Positions 50,294-60,177 of a stretch of DNA of 64,000 nucleotides are shown one piece after another. The stretch is taken from contig JAWOJB010000024.1 in NCBI GenBank assembly GCA_046484325.1, positions 26,008-90,007 on the forward strand, read 5' to 3'. The stretch's first letter is position 1, and each line of letters begins with the position of its first letter. The translations under genes and the position numbers were made by a program. The notes below the pieces were generated by a model. That model was not told the origin of the DNA. It saw only the letters and a list, made by a program, of their open reading frames with translations, and did not search any database. This stretch comes from Acidimicrobiia bacterium. GTDB lineage: Bacteria > Actinomycetota > Acidimicrobiia > Spongiisociales > ZC4RG35.

Positions 50294-51339
50294 CACGCCG
50301 GTACCACCACCTCGTCCCCCTCGGCGAGTGCGCCGGCCACCTCGACGAGGCCTCCGGCGAAGTCGCCGGTCTCCACGCCCACGAGCTCGGTGCTCCCATC
50401 CGCCCGTACGACCTCGACCGCGTAGCCGCCGTCGGACAGGGCGACGAGCGCCCGCACCGGCACGGCCAGCACCCCGGCTGCCCGATCGCTCTCGACCTCG
50501 ACGTCGACCGGCGCAGCCTCGAGGTCGATCCCGGTCGCGCCGAGCGCGACCCGGACCTCGATGACCTCCGGAGCCCCGGGTTCCGGGCCGGAGGGACGCA
50601 CCACCCGGCCGATCGAGGCCACCCGACCAGGGACCTCCCGGCCGTCGGGCAGGGTGATGACGACCGGGTCGCCGAGCCCGACGAGATCGAGATCGGCGGG
50701 ATCGAGGTCGATCACGACCTCCTGGTCGAACGACGACACCTCGAGGAGCGGGGTCCCGGGTGCCACCGACCGGCCCACGTCGACCAGCCCCGACCCGGTG
50801 CGGACGGCCCCGGGGAGGAATACCACCCGCCCGAGCTCGAGAAACTCGCCCTCGGTCAGGCCGAGATCCTCGCGCCACGCCTCTACGGCGTCCCGAGTGG
50901 CGGTGCCGTACTCGTCGTCGGGCTCGGCGTCGAGATAACCGAGGGCCACGAGGTTTTCCTCCAGCTGGAGGACGTCGGGGCCGTCGTCCATGTCGGGCTG
51001 GAAGGGTCGCCAGGCCGGGCGTTCGCCGTAGAGCAGGACGACAGGCGCACCGTCGATCTCGCAGATCTCCGAGCCACGCTCGAGCCGGGAGGCCTCGTCG
51101 GGAAGCCCGGTGAGGGTGCCGCCGAGGGCGGTGGCCACGGTGCGGGGGTCGGAGAAGCGGAGGCTGCCGCGCAGCTGCTTGGTCTGCACCAGATCGGTCC
51201 GGACCACGAGGGCGGTGGCCGTGGTGATGGTGGTGTCGGGCTCGGTGGGTTCCACCGACGAGCGCCCGAGCGACCAGGCCACCACCGCCGCCCCCGCCAC
51301 GACGGCGAGGATGGTGAGCACCGTCAGCGCCCGGCGCAC
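50293..51339 (-). CDS. efflux periplasmic adaptor (HlyD-like) with peptidoglycan-binding domain
   Basis: N-terminal TM anchor, PG_binding_1-like [14 protein letters not shown], beta-barrel/lipoyl-like repeats. Confidence 0.7.
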   Translation of the reverse strand: MRRALTVLTILAVVAGAAVVAWSLGRSSVEPTEPDTTITTATALVVRTDLVQTKQLRGSLRFSDPRTVATALGGTLTGLPDEASRLERGSEICEIDGAPVVLLYGERPAWRPFQPDMDDGPDVLQLEENLVALGYLDAEPDDEYGTATRDAVEAWREDLGLTEGEFLELGRVVFLPGAVRTGSGLVDVGRSVAPGTPLLEVSSFDQEVVIDLDPADLDLVGLGDPVVITLPDGREVPGRVASIGRVVRPSGPEPGAPEVIEVRVALGATGIDLEAAPVDVEVESDRAAGVLAVPVRALVALSDGGYAVEVVRADGSTELVGVETGDFAGGLVEVAGALAEGDEVVVPA

Positions 51340-51340
51340 G

Positions 51341-51916
51341 TCAATCCCCGAATGCCCGGAAGCTGAGGTTCGCCTGGCAAACCTGGAGGGCGGGCTCGAA
51401 GGCGGGGTCGTCGAGCGGCAACTCGGCGAGGGGGAAGGGGCTGCCCACCCCGGTGAAGCCGGGGGTCGGATCCGGGAATCTGCTCACGCCCTCGTCGCGC
51501 ATGCACGCGGCGAACGCCTGGAGCTGATCCTGGATGACCGCCTGGAGCTCGGGGTCGGCCGAGAGGTCGAGCGCCCCGGCCTCGGTGAGGATCGGGGAGC
51601 ACACCGCGAGGGCGTCCTGGAACTCGGGCGAGGCCGGGTCGAGCTCGCCGGTCAGGTCGCCCAGCAGCGGGCGGCCGTCGGGCCCGATGGCGATGTCGGG
51701 GATCTCGATGCCCTGCTCCCGCATACACGCGGTGAAGCGCAGTGCCGTCTCCTCGAGCGAGGCGGGCACGGTGGTGGTGGTCTCGACGACGGTGGTCGAG
51801 GTGGTCGAGGCGAGGTCGTCGGAGCCGGGGATGCCGGTCTCGGGCTCGGACCCACCGGAGCAGGCCGACAGCACGAGGGCGAGCACCACGGATCCGGCGA
51901 GCAGAGGGGTTCGCAT
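51341..51916 (-). CDS. hypothetical lipoprotein with duplicated Cys-containing domain
   Basis: LVLSACSG lipobox. Internal repeat ACMREQG / ACMRDEG. Confidence 0.6.
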   Translation of the reverse strand: MRTPLLAGSVVLALVLSACSGGSEPETGIPGSDDLASTTSTTVVETTTTVPASLEETALRFTACMREQGIEIPDIAIGPDGRPLLGDLTGELDPASPEFQDALAVCSPILTEAGALDLSADPELQAVIQDQLQAFAACMRDEGVSRFPDPTPGFTGVGSPFPLAELPLDDPAFEPALQVCQANLSFRAFGD

Positions 51917-51952
51917 GGGGCCGAGGCTACCGGTACCCGGGTAAATGCCCGT

Positions 51953-54196
51953 TCAAGAGCCTGTGGCGTCCTCCGGGAAGCCGTCGCGGAGCATCATGGC
52001 GACGTCCCGGACCACCACGTCGTCGCGGCCGAGCTCCTTGACCCCGTCGTCGATCATCACGTAGCAGTAGGGGCACGAGACGGCGATCTCGTCGGCGCCG
52101 GTGGCCAGTGCCTCCTGGGCCCGCTCGATGTTCACCTTCTTTCCGGTGTGCTCCTCCATCCAGAACCGGGACCCGCCGGCCCCGCAGCAGAGGCCGCGGG
52201 TGCCGTGCCGGGGCATCTCGACCATCTCGACGTTGCCCGTGGCCGCGACCACCTCTCGCGGCGCCAGGTAGATGTCGTTGTGGCGGCCCAGGTAGCACGG
52301 GTCGTGGTAGGTGACCGTGCGACGTGGCGACGACCCGTTCGAGGCGGACCGTAGGCGGTCCTGGCGCAGCAGCTCGGCGAGCAGCTCGGTGTGGTGGACG
52401 ACCTCGTAGTCGCCGCCCATCTGCGGGTACTCGTTGGCCAGGGTGTTGAAGCAGTGGGGACACTGGGTGATGACCTTCTTCACGCCCAGCTCATCGAAGG
52501 TCGCGATGTTCTGGAGGGCGAGCTGCTGCCAGACGTACTCGTTGCCGGCCCGCCGGGCCGGGTCGCCGTTGCAGCTCTCCCGGGGCCCCAGGATGGCGAA
52601 GTCGATGCCGGCCTCGTGGAGGAGCTTGGCGAGGGCGATCGTCACCGCCTGGTTGCGGTCGTCGAAGCTCCCGGCGCAGCCCACGTACCAGAGGTACTCG
52701 GCCGAGTCGACGCCGGGGTCGCCGAGGATCCTCACCTCGAAGTCGAGCTTCTTCGTCCAGTCGGCCCGGCTCTGCTGTGAGAGGCCCCACGGGTTGCCCT
52801 GGTTCTCCATGGCGACGAAGGCCTTGCCGAGCTCGGGCGGGAAGTCCGACTCCATCAGGGTCAGGTACCTCCGCATGTCGAGGATCTTGTCGAGGATCTC
52901 GATGTTCACCGGGCAGATGTCGTCGCAGGCCTTGCACGAGGTGCACGACCAGACCTCCTCGGACTGGATCCGCTCGAAGAGGCGGTCCGACTCGATGACG
53001 ATGCCCTCGGCCAGCGACACCTGGGCCGACACGGCGGGGACGCCGCTGGCGGCCATCACCTCGCCGGTCTTCAGCACGATCTCGCGGGGGTCGAGCGGCT
53101 TGCCGGTGAGGTTGGCCGGGCACACCGAGGTGCAGCGGCCACAGATTGTGCAGGCGTCGGTGTCGAACAGCTGCTTCCAGGTGAGGTCGGAGATCACCGA
53201 GGCCCCGATGGTCTCGATGTCCTCGACCTCCATCAGGTTGGGCATCTCGCGCATGGCCCCCTTGGGGCGCTCGTTCGGCGAGAGGAACATGTTGGCGGGC
53301 GAGGTGAACATGTGCCTGAGCTTGGTGGTGGGAAGCATGACGAGGAACGCCAGGAAGGCGCCGGCATGGACGACCCAGGACACCTGGTGGACCGTCGACG
53401 CCGCCGCGTCCGGGACCAGGAACGACATCGGATAGCCGACGAACGACCAGACCTCGAAGTCCGGACGCCCCATCCACGCGATGCGGGCGGCCTCGGTGGT
53501 GAAACCCGTCACGCCGACCAAGGCGAGCATTCCGAGGATCCAGGCATCCTCGGGCTTCGTCTTGGATCGCAGCCGCCACGGACGCTGGAGATACCGGCGG
53601 GCGAACGCCCAGCCGAGGCCGGCCAGGAACACCAGCCCGGCGAGATCGAGGACGAGCGAGTACCCGAGGTAGACGTTCCCTTGCAGGAACTTGAGCGAGG
53701 TGGGGGCGAGGTTGTCGATCTCGAGCGTCACCGTGCCGATGAAGAGCACGATGAACCCGTAGTAGACCATGGCGTGCATCAGCCCGGCCTGGCGATCGCG
53801 CATCAAGGTCTTCATGCGCAGGCCGCGGTCGAGCTGTCGGAGCCGCTCGCCCCAGCTCCCCGTGCGGCGATCGGAGCCGCCGCGCTGCCAGTTCCTGGCA
53901 CGCAGGGCGAAGAGGTAGAAGGCGACGGCGAGGAAGGCTGCGCTGGCGACGTAGAACGCGGCCTTGATCGGCTCGGTGATGTTGCCGAAGACTTCGCGAC
54001 CGATCTCGGGGACGAAGGGGCCCGACAGCCCCCCCAGCCACCAGAGGGCCAGCGTCCCTCCGGCCGACAGCACCGCCAGAACCATGAGGACCTGCGATGC
54101 GGTGATGCGACGCCGAGGGGAGGGGGACGAGTCGGTCCCGGTCGAGTGCTCGGTGGTGGTCGCCATGGTGGGGGTCAGGCTAGATCCTCCCACCAT
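51953..54196 (-). CDS. membrane-bound (Fe-S) oxidoreductase: NarI-like cytochrome b TM domain fused to HdrD/GlpC-like 4Fe-4S dicluster and two CCG domains
   Basis: N-terminal multi-TM. CTICGRCTSVCP and CTSCKACDDICP ferredoxin motifs. C-terminal cysteine-rich CCG motifs (QCPHC..., HDPCYLG, LCCGAGG). Confidence 0.75.
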   Translation of the reverse strand: MVGGSSLTPTMATTTEHSTGTDSSPSPRRRITASQVLMVLAVLSAGGTLALWWLGGLSGPFVPEIGREVFGNITEPIKAAFYVASAAFLAVAFYLFALRARNWQRGGSDRRTGSWGERLRQLDRGLRMKTLMRDRQAGLMHAMVYYGFIVLFIGTVTLEIDNLAPTSLKFLQGNVYLGYSLVLDLAGLVFLAGLGWAFARRYLQRPWRLRSKTKPEDAWILGMLALVGVTGFTTEAARIAWMGRPDFEVWSFVGYPMSFLVPDAAASTVHQVSWVVHAGAFLAFLVMLPTTKLRHMFTSPANMFLSPNERPKGAMREMPNLMEVEDIETIGASVISDLTWKQLFDTDACTICGRCTSVCPANLTGKPLDPREIVLKTGEVMAASGVPAVSAQVSLAEGIVIESDRLFERIQSEEVWSCTSCKACDDICPVNIEILDKILDMRRYLTLMESDFPPELGKAFVAMENQGNPWGLSQQSRADWTKKLDFEVRILGDPGVDSAEYLWYVGCAGSFDDRNQAVTIALAKLLHEAGIDFAILGPRESCNGDPARRAGNEYVWQQLALQNIATFDELGVKKVITQCPHCFNTLANEYPQMGGDYEVVHHTELLAELLRQDRLRSASNGSSPRRTVTYHDPCYLGRHNDIYLAPREVVAATGNVEMVEMPRHGTRGLCCGAGGSRFWMEEHTGKKVNIERAQEALATGADEIAVSCPYCYVMIDDGVKELGRDDVVVRDVAMMLRDGFPEDATGS

Positions 54197-54212
54197 GGCG
54201 ACGGAATCTCAC

Positions 54213-54491
54213 TCAGGCGGATGACGCTCCGCCCGCCGACCTCACATAGAGCAGCACGCCGACCGCCGCCAGCGCGACCTGGATGGCCAGCTTTGTCCAG
54301 TCGATGCCCGCCGTGTCGCCCACGCCGAGCGCCTGGGCGATGAACCCACCGACGAGGGCGGCAGCCGCACCGATGAGGATCGTGATGCCCAGCGACACGT
54401 TCTGCTTTCCTGGGACCACCAGGCGCCCCAGCGGGCCGATGATGACCCCGACGATCAGCGCGCCGATGATCGTTACGACGACGGCTCCCAT
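54213..54491 (-). CDS. GlsB/YeaQ/YmgE family stress-response membrane protein
   Basis: 92 aa, glycine-zipper TM helices. Confidence 0.75.
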   Translation of the reverse strand: MGAVVVTIIGALIVGVIIGPLGRLVVPGKQNVSLGITILIGAAAALVGGFIAQALGVGDTAGIDWTKLAIQVALAAVGVLLYVRSAGGASSA

Positions 54492-54552
54492 GTCTGTCTC
54501 CTTCTCGAGATCGGTGACACCTATCCGAGGACTCGGGTCGCGTGGGGCTCGA

Positions 54553-55308
54553 TCAGCCCTCCTGGGGCAGCTCCAGCCCGCCCGAGCCGGCCTCGCCGGT
54601 CAGCCCCAGCTCTCGCTTGAGCTCCTCGAGCTTGGCGTCGGCCTGGGCGAGGGAGATGGCCTCGCGAAGCTCCGCCTCGGCCCCTTCCGGCGTGGCCTCG
54701 CGCAACTCGGAGCGGGCCTTGGCCTGGGCCAGGCGACCCTGGATCTTCTCCTCGACCTTCTCGAGCGAAGGCGCCTCCAGCTCCATCGAGGTCGAGATCG
54801 ACTCGACGGCCGAGTTCACCGCCTCTTGCATCTTGGCCTGCTGCAGCTGGCCGAGGAGTTGCATGCGCCTGGCTGCGAGCTCCTGCAGCCGCATGGCGTT
54901 CTGCTGTACGGCGCCCTTGGCGGCCTCGGCCTGCTCGGCGGCCATCTCGTACTGCTCTCTCAGGCCGTCGAGGTTCGACTCCGACGCCTGAAGCTTGAGG
55001 GCCAGGCTCTGGGCGGCCTGGTTCCACCTCTCGACACCGGCCATGTCGCCGGCGTTCCTCGCCTGCTCGGCGCGCAGGAGGGCCTGCTTGGCCGTCTCCC
55101 GGCCTTCCCCCACCTCGCCGGCCGTCTTCTCGATCCGCGCTTCGATCTGGGTGCGGTGGGCGATCACCTTGGCGGCCTGGTTACGGAGGTCCTGATCGCG
55201 CTTCTTCGCCTCGTTGATCGCCACCTCGATCTCCACCTCGGGGTCCATCGCTCCCTCGGCGGCACCCCGGAACAGCTGCTGCAGATAGGCCCAGATCCGC
55301 TTGAACAT
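54553..55308 (-). CDS. pspA: PspA/IM30 family protein
   Basis: MFKRIWAYLQQLFRGAAEGAMDPE N-terminus and long coiled coil. Confidence 0.85.
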   Translation of the reverse strand: MFKRIWAYLQQLFRGAAEGAMDPEVEIEVAINEAKKRDQDLRNQAAKVIAHRTQIEARIEKTAGEVGEGRETAKQALLRAEQARNAGDMAGVERWNQAAQSLALKLQASESNLDGLREQYEMAAEQAEAAKGAVQQNAMRLQELAARRMQLLGQLQQAKMQEAVNSAVESISTSMELEAPSLEKVEEKIQGRLAQAKARSELREATPEGAEAELREAISLAQADAKLEELKRELGLTGEAGSGGLELPQEG

Positions 55309-55354
55309 GGCGATGCGCTCCCTCGAAGACGGCAGGGGGAGCTTAGGAGCTGAC

Positions 55355-55675
55355 TCAGGCGCCGCGGTCGTCGATGGCAGCCTGGTCGTACGGCTCGAGC
55401 ATGATGCACTCGCCCGGACACTCCTCGGCTGCCTCGATCACCACGTCGATCTGCGAGTCGGGAACCCTGGCGACGCCTCGCGAGCCCTCGCTCCCGTGGC
55501 CTGTGCCCGATCCGCCGTCGAACACGATGGTCTCGCCGAAGTGGGTGGCATCCTCCCGCACCACCCACAGGCCGTCGTCACGCGGCTCGAAGACGTCGGG
55601 TGCGATCTCCGAGCAGATGCCATCGCCGGTGCACAGGTCCTGGTCGATCCACACCTGAAGCTTGGTCGTGGTCAC
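55355..55675 (-). CDS. ferredoxin (single-cluster, FdxA-like)
   Basis: CTGDGICSE...CP motif. GTG start with GTGA overlap to the upstream HTH gene. Confidence 0.7.
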   Translation of the reverse strand: MTTTKLQVWIDQDLCTGDGICSEIAPDVFEPRDDGLWVVREDATHFGETIVFDGGSGTGHGSEGSRGVARVPDSQIDVVIEAAEECPGECIMLEPYDQAAIDDRGA

Positions 55676-56007
55676 GATGCCGTCCCCGCGTCCCGCTCGA
55701 GCAGCCCGAGGGCGAGACGGAAGTGGGCGAGGCCCTCCGACTGGCGGATGGCGCGAGGGCTGCGCCGGAAGCGGGTGGCGATCTGCTCGTGCGTCTCACC
55801 TCGAGAGCGCAGGAGGAGGACGCGACGCTGGCGCGCGCTCGTTGCTCGCAGTGGTGGCGGCCCCGAGCGCGGGATCTGCGTCCACGTGATGATGCGCACG
55901 ACGTGGGCAGGGCTGCGTCGGATCTTCGCCCCGATCTGGGCCGGCTCGAGGCCGAGGGTCGTCATGGCGAGCACCCTGCGCTCGATCGGTCGGAGATGGC
56001 TGGTCAC
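55672..56007 (-). CDS. tandem-HTH (sigma-70 region-4-like) DNA-binding protein
   Basis: Two repeats RRVLAMTTLGLEPAQIGAKIRRSPAHVVRI and RRVLLLRSRGETHEQIATRFRRSPRAIRQ. GC3-rich frame. Confidence 0.5.
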   Translation of the reverse strand: MTSHLRPIERRVLAMTTLGLEPAQIGAKIRRSPAHVVRIITWTQIPRSGPPPLRATSARQRRVLLLRSRGETHEQIATRFRRSPRAIRQSEGLAHFRLALGLLERDAGTAS

Positions 56008-57143
56008 GGGTTCCCCTTTCTCCGGTCCTCGTCAAACCTAGCGGGTATTCGCCTTCGTGCACCAGGGTGTGGTGCCGCCGGCACAGCAGAATCAGGTTAT
56101 CGAGGTCGGTCCGACCGCCGTCGGCCCAATGGACGAGATGGTGAACGTCGCACCACCGGGCAGGCCGGTCGCAGGCCGGGTACCGGCAGTGCCGGTCCCG
56201 GGCGACCACCGCCTTCCGCTGGGCGGGGGTGACGGTGCGCGAGGCCCGGCCCACGTCGAGGGGCTGGCAGCGTCCCCTGGTGATCACCCGGGTGACCCTG
56301 GCATCGCAGGCGAGGCGGCGGGCGGTTTCGGCGGGGATCGACCCGGTGTGATCGACCTCGCAGACGTATCCCGCGCGACGCTCCAGCGTCTCGATGTCCA
56401 CCAGCACGGTGAGGTGGGGCGGCTCGCCGCCCGACGTCGTCTCGCCCCGATCGAGGAAGCTCCGACAGACGCCGACCATCGCCTCCGCCCGTCGGCTCCC
56501 CGCGGTGGGCCGGTGCTCGCCCGCTGCATGTGCAGCGGGCGGCTGCATCGCCGCCTCCAGGGCGGTGATCACGGGTCTCCCCCGACTCCGGATCGAGCAG
56601 GCCGTCGATGCGCACCATGCCCTCCCAGGTGCGGGCCACGTGGACGTAGGACCTCTCGGTCATCTCGAGCAGCGCATCGGGGCCGTCGAGGTTGTGCCGC
56701 CAGTACTCGATCGCCCGCTGTAGGTCGCGCACCGTGAGCCGGCCGGCCACCTCGAGGAGGGTGTCCTCGTGCTCCCGAAAGATCTCCGGATGGGCGCCGG
56801 CCGCCCTCGCGAGGAGACGGACCTTGGAATAGGAGAGGTCGCCGGTTTCGAAGGCGGCGGCGGTCCCGGGCATACCCTCGAGCGAGCGGGCCACGGCGAC
56901 CCTCTCGCGGGCGGTGGAGTTCGCCATGTCGCACGTGAGCGCCAGGAAGCGGCTGGTCGAGAGGATGCCGTCCCGTACGAACGTCTGCCGCCGGTCGGCC
57001 TCGGCGGTGAGCCTCAGGAATCGGGCCTGGAGGACGTCGAGGGCCCGGCCCAGCTCGGTCAGCTCCTCCTCGATCTCGTGGTCGGCGTAGTCCGAGACAT
57101 CGGAGGCGATCAGGCCATCGATGACGGAGCGGAGAGCGCTCAC
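55796..57143 (-). pseudogene. DUF222/13E12-repeat HNH endonuclease, frameshifted
   Basis: N-terminal DUF222 region in ORF 56097..57143 (MSALRSVIDGLIASDVSDY...LLDPESGE). HNH part in the +1 frame ORF 55796..56572 (ITALEAAM...RRLACDARVTRV...RDRHCRYPAC...CRRHHTLVHEGEY). Junction about 56570-56590. True C-terminus probably near 56000-56040; the rest of the ORF is read-through. Confidence 0.55.
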
Positions 57144-57266
57144 GATCGGCGTCCCGTCCGAAGCCGGAGGTGAAGTCGTTGCTCGACCATATCCGACACC
57201 ATATCGAACACTTGTTCGACAATCAAGGGGTGTGAACGAGACTCTGCGATTGTTTGAGGCCCAGAA

Positions 57267-57728
57267 TCACCCGAGCAGGTCGGCGGTCACCCTCGCCACG
57301 TGCCCCTTGGCCCTCACGTTGCGGTAGGTCCGTTCCAGCCGGCCGTCGCCGTCGACGACGAAGGTCGACCGGATCAACCCCTCGTACTCGCGGCCGTACT
57401 GCTTCTTCGTCCCCCAGGCCCCGAAGGCCCCGGCAACCGCGTGATCGGGGTCGGAGAGGAGCGGGAAGGGAAGGCGGTCGCGCTCGCGGAAGCGGGCGTT
57501 CCGCTCGGGAGGGTCGGGGCTGATCCCCACGATCCGGTATCCGGCCTCGAGCAGGCCGGCGTGGGCGTCGCGGAAGTCGCATGCCTCGGTGGTGCATCCC
57601 GGCGTCATCGCCGCCGGATAGAAGAAGATCAGGATCTTCTCGCCACGGAGGTCCGACAGCGAGAGGGTCCGTCCGTCGTCGGTGGTCAGGGTGAAGTCGG
57701 GTACCGGATCGCCGATGTCCATCGTCAT
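57267..57728 (-). CDS. bcp: thioredoxin-dependent peroxiredoxin Bcp
   Basis: MTMDIGDPVPDF...FFYPAAMTPGCTTEAC motif in the ORF 57267..58091 frame. Start coordinate is approximate: my base count near 57720 disagrees by 1 nt with the ORF track. Confidence 0.75.
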   Translation of the reverse strand: MTMDIGDPVPDFTLTTDDGRTLSLSDLRGEKILIFFYPAAMTPGCTTEACDFRDAHAGLLEAGYRIVGISPDPPERNARFRERDRLPFPLLSDPDHAVAGAFGAWGTKKQYGREYEGLIRSTFVVDGDGRLERTYRNVRAKGHVARVTADLLG

Positions 57729-58639
57729 CTCCGTGAGGTGATCGCCCGCAGGAAGAATGCCAGATTGGCGGGGCGCTCGGCGATCCGGCGGCTGAGGTAG
57801 GGATACCACTGCGCGCCGAAGGGCAGGTAGATGCGGACTTCGGCACCATCGGCGGCCAGCGATCGCTGGAGCTCGGGCCGGACGCCGTACAGCATCTGGA
57901 ACTCCCAGCCCCCGGTCCGGCCCGGGGCCAGCTCCCGGGCGAGGGCGATCAGGCGGTCGTCGTGAGTGGCGACGGCCGGGCGGGTCGCATCGACCGACAT
58001 GAGACGCTCGAGCAGGAGGGCGAAGGCGGCGTCCACCTCGGCCCGGCCCTGGAAGGCGATCGAGGCGGGCTCGACGTAGGCGCCCTTGCACAGGCGGATG
58101 TGCCCGCCGAGCGGGGCCAGCCGCTCGAGATCCTCGGGGGTCCGGTGCAGGTAGGCCTGCAGGGCGATGCCGAGGTTGCCGGTCTCGGCCTGACCGTCGG
58201 CGTAGAGGTCCACGGTGTCCTGGGTGTAGCGGGCGTCCTCCATGTCCACGGTGACGGTGGTGCGGTGCTCGGCCGCCGCCCGCCCGAGCCTGGCCAGCGA
58301 CTCGGCGGCGAGACCCCGGTCGAAGGCGAGGCCGAGCTGGGTGAGCTTGACCGACACGTTGGCGTCGAGTCCCAGCTGCGAGATCCGCTCGATGGAGGCC
58401 AGGTAGCGGTCGGCGGCGACCAGGGCCGTGCTGCGGTCGTCGACCTCCTCGCCGAGCAGGTCGAGTGAGACCGCCAGCCCACCCCCATTGAGCACCCGGG
58501 CGGCGGCGGTCGCGTCATCGAGGGTGTCGCCCGCCACGAAGCGGTGGGCGAGGGCCCGTCCCGGCCGGGTCCCGGTCACACCTCGCTCGACGATCGGGGC
58601 ACGGGCGGCTGCGAGCACCGCCCGGGTGAAGCGGCTCAT
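57725..58639 (-). CDS. proline dehydrogenase
   Basis: Start MSRFTRAVLAAARAPIVERGV at 58637-58639. ProDH TIM-barrel family (LSVKLTQLGL, CKGAY). Upstream part of ORF 57725..59305 is junk. Confidence 0.8.
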   Translation of the reverse strand: MSRFTRAVLAAARAPIVERGVTGTRPGRALAHRFVAGDTLDDATAAARVLNGGGLAVSLDLLGEEVDDRSTALVAADRYLASIERISQLGLDANVSVKLTQLGLAFDRGLAAESLARLGRAAAEHRTTVTVDMEDARYTQDTVDLYADGQAETGNLGIALQAYLHRTPEDLERLAPLGGHIRLCKGAYVEPASIAFQGRAEVDAAFALLLERLMSVDATRPAVATHDDRLIALARELAPGRTGGWEFQMLYGVRPELQRSLAADGAEVRIYLPFGAQWYPYLSRRIAERPANLAFFLRAITSRR

Positions 58640-59451
58640 TCGCCCAGCGCCGCCTCGCCGAGTTCTCGCGAACGGGCGGCGGCGGCCCGGACCGCGTCCT
58701 CCACCAGCGCCCGGAAGCCGCGCCCCTCGAGGACGTGGACGGCGGCGGCAGTGGTCCCGCCGGGCGAGGTCACCTGGGCCCGGAGGCTGGTGGGGCTCTC
58801 CCCGGTCTCGACCAGCAGGGCACCGGCCCCCCGGATCGTCTGGTGGACGAACGACTCGGCCACGTCGCGGGGCAGCCCTTCCCGGAGGGCGGCCTCGACC
58901 AGGGCCTCGGCGAGCAGGAACACATAGGCGGGACCGGTGCCGGAGACGGCGGTGACGGCGTCGAGCAGGGACTCCTCCATGAGCTGGACCGTGCCCACTG
59001 CCTCCATCACCGCCCGAGCGGTGGCCAGGTGGGCTTCCCCGGCCGAAGCCCCGGCGGCCATACCGGTCACCCCCTCCCGGACCAGGGCCGGGGTGTTCGG
59101 CATCGTCCGGACGACCGGGATGCCCGGGAGGGCCGACTCGAAGACCGAGATGGTCACCCCTGCGGCCAGCGAGACGACCACCTGGTCGGGACCCAACGCC
59201 CCGGCGATCTGGTCCAGCAGGTGGGGCACGTCGCGAGGCTTGACCGCGATGACGACCACCTCCCGGCCTCGTGCCGCCTCGACCGGGTCGAGCAGACAGC
59301 GGCATCCGGTGGCGGCCTCGACCCGGTGAACCGTCTGCTCGCGACGGGCGGCGGTGGTCACGTCGTCGGGCGTCCAGCCTGCGGCGAGGAGGCCCTCGAC
59401 GAGCGCCGTTCCCATGGCTCCGACGCCCAGCACGGCCACGGTCGGCTTCAC
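58636..59451 (-). CDS. proC: pyrroline-5-carboxylate reductase
   Basis: VAVLGVGAMGTAL Rossmann and RTMPNTPALV motifs. Confidence 0.9.
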   Translation of the reverse strand: MKPTVAVLGVGAMGTALVEGLLAAGWTPDDVTTAARREQTVHRVEAATGCRCLLDPVEAARGREVVVIAVKPRDVPHLLDQIAGALGPDQVVVSLAAGVTISVFESALPGIPVVRTMPNTPALVREGVTGMAAGASAGEAHLATARAVMEAVGTVQLMEESLLDAVTAVSGTGPAYVFLLAEALVEAALREGLPRDVAESFVHQTIRGAGALLVETGESPTSLRAQVTSPGGTTAAAVHVLEGRGFRALVEDAVRAAAARSRELGEAALGE

Positions 59452-60125
59452 GGCGCCGAGTATATGGGGCGGCCGGCCATCACCCGCGGGCGGATCATGT
59501 CGATCACCGTGGCCACCGCCCCCGGCTTGAAGCCCTCGGGGATGATGAGGTCGGCATAGCGCTTCGAGGGCTCGACGAACTCGAGGTGCATCGGCCGGAC
59601 CGTCGCCAGGTACTGGCGGATGACCGACTCCGGGCTCCGGCCACGCTCGGCGATGTCCCGCTCGAGTCTCCGGGCCAGGCGCAGGTCGGGGTCGGCGTCC
59701 ACGAAGATCCGGAGGTCGAACATCGACCGGAGGGCCCGGTCGGCGAGCACGAGGATCCCCTCGACGACGACCACCGCCGCCGGCTCGACCCTCACGACGT
59801 CGGGAGACCGGAGGTGGGTGGAGAAGTCGTACACCGGGCGCTCGACCGTGCGCCCCTCCCGCAGCAGCTCGAGATGCCGCACGAGCAGGTCGGTCTCCAG
59901 CGCTTCGGGATGGTCGTAGTTGAGCACGGTGCGCTCCTCATAGCCGAGGTCGCGCCGGTCGCGGTAGTAGGCGTCGTGCTGGATCCAGGCCACACCCTCG
60001 ATCGAGGCCACCAGTGCCGCCGCCACGGTGGTCTTGCCCGAGCCGGAGCCGCCGGCGATGCCGATGATGAGGGGGTGGCGCGCCGCCCAGCCGGCTGCGT
60101 CGAGCTCGGGTGGGGGCGGCAGCAT
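59448..60125 (-). CDS. udk: uridine kinase
   Basis: Start MLPPPP..LIIGIAGGSGSGKTT at 60123-60125. PRK/uridine kinase family. Confidence 0.8.
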   Translation of the reverse strand: MLPPPPELDAAGWAARHPLIIGIAGGSGSGKTTVAAALVASIEGVAWIQHDAYYRDRRDLGYEERTVLNYDHPEALETDLLVRHLELLREGRTVERPVYDFSTHLRSPDVVRVEPAAVVVVEGILVLADRALRSMFDLRIFVDADPDLRLARRLERDIAERGRSPESVIRQYLATVRPMHLEFVEPSKRYADLIIPEGFKPGAVATVIDMIRPRVMAGRPIYSAP

Positions 60126-60177
60126 GACGCTACGGTACTTGCGGCATCCGGCCCGGCGCCCGCCCGAGGGAGAAGGC

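Noticed and set aside
55796-56040. C-terminal 80 codons of the HNH frame ORF (RTGERGTRDQPSPTDR...)
   Set aside because: Probably read-through of a stop-poor GC frame. Overlaps the better-supported tandem-HTH gene 55672..56007.
57700-57735. Apparent stop/frame problem at the bcp start region
   Set aside because: My hand count of bases here differs by one from the frames implied by the ORF track (MTMDIG... versus GHRRSG...). Most likely my indexing error rather than a real frameshift, so bcp is reported intact with an approximate start.
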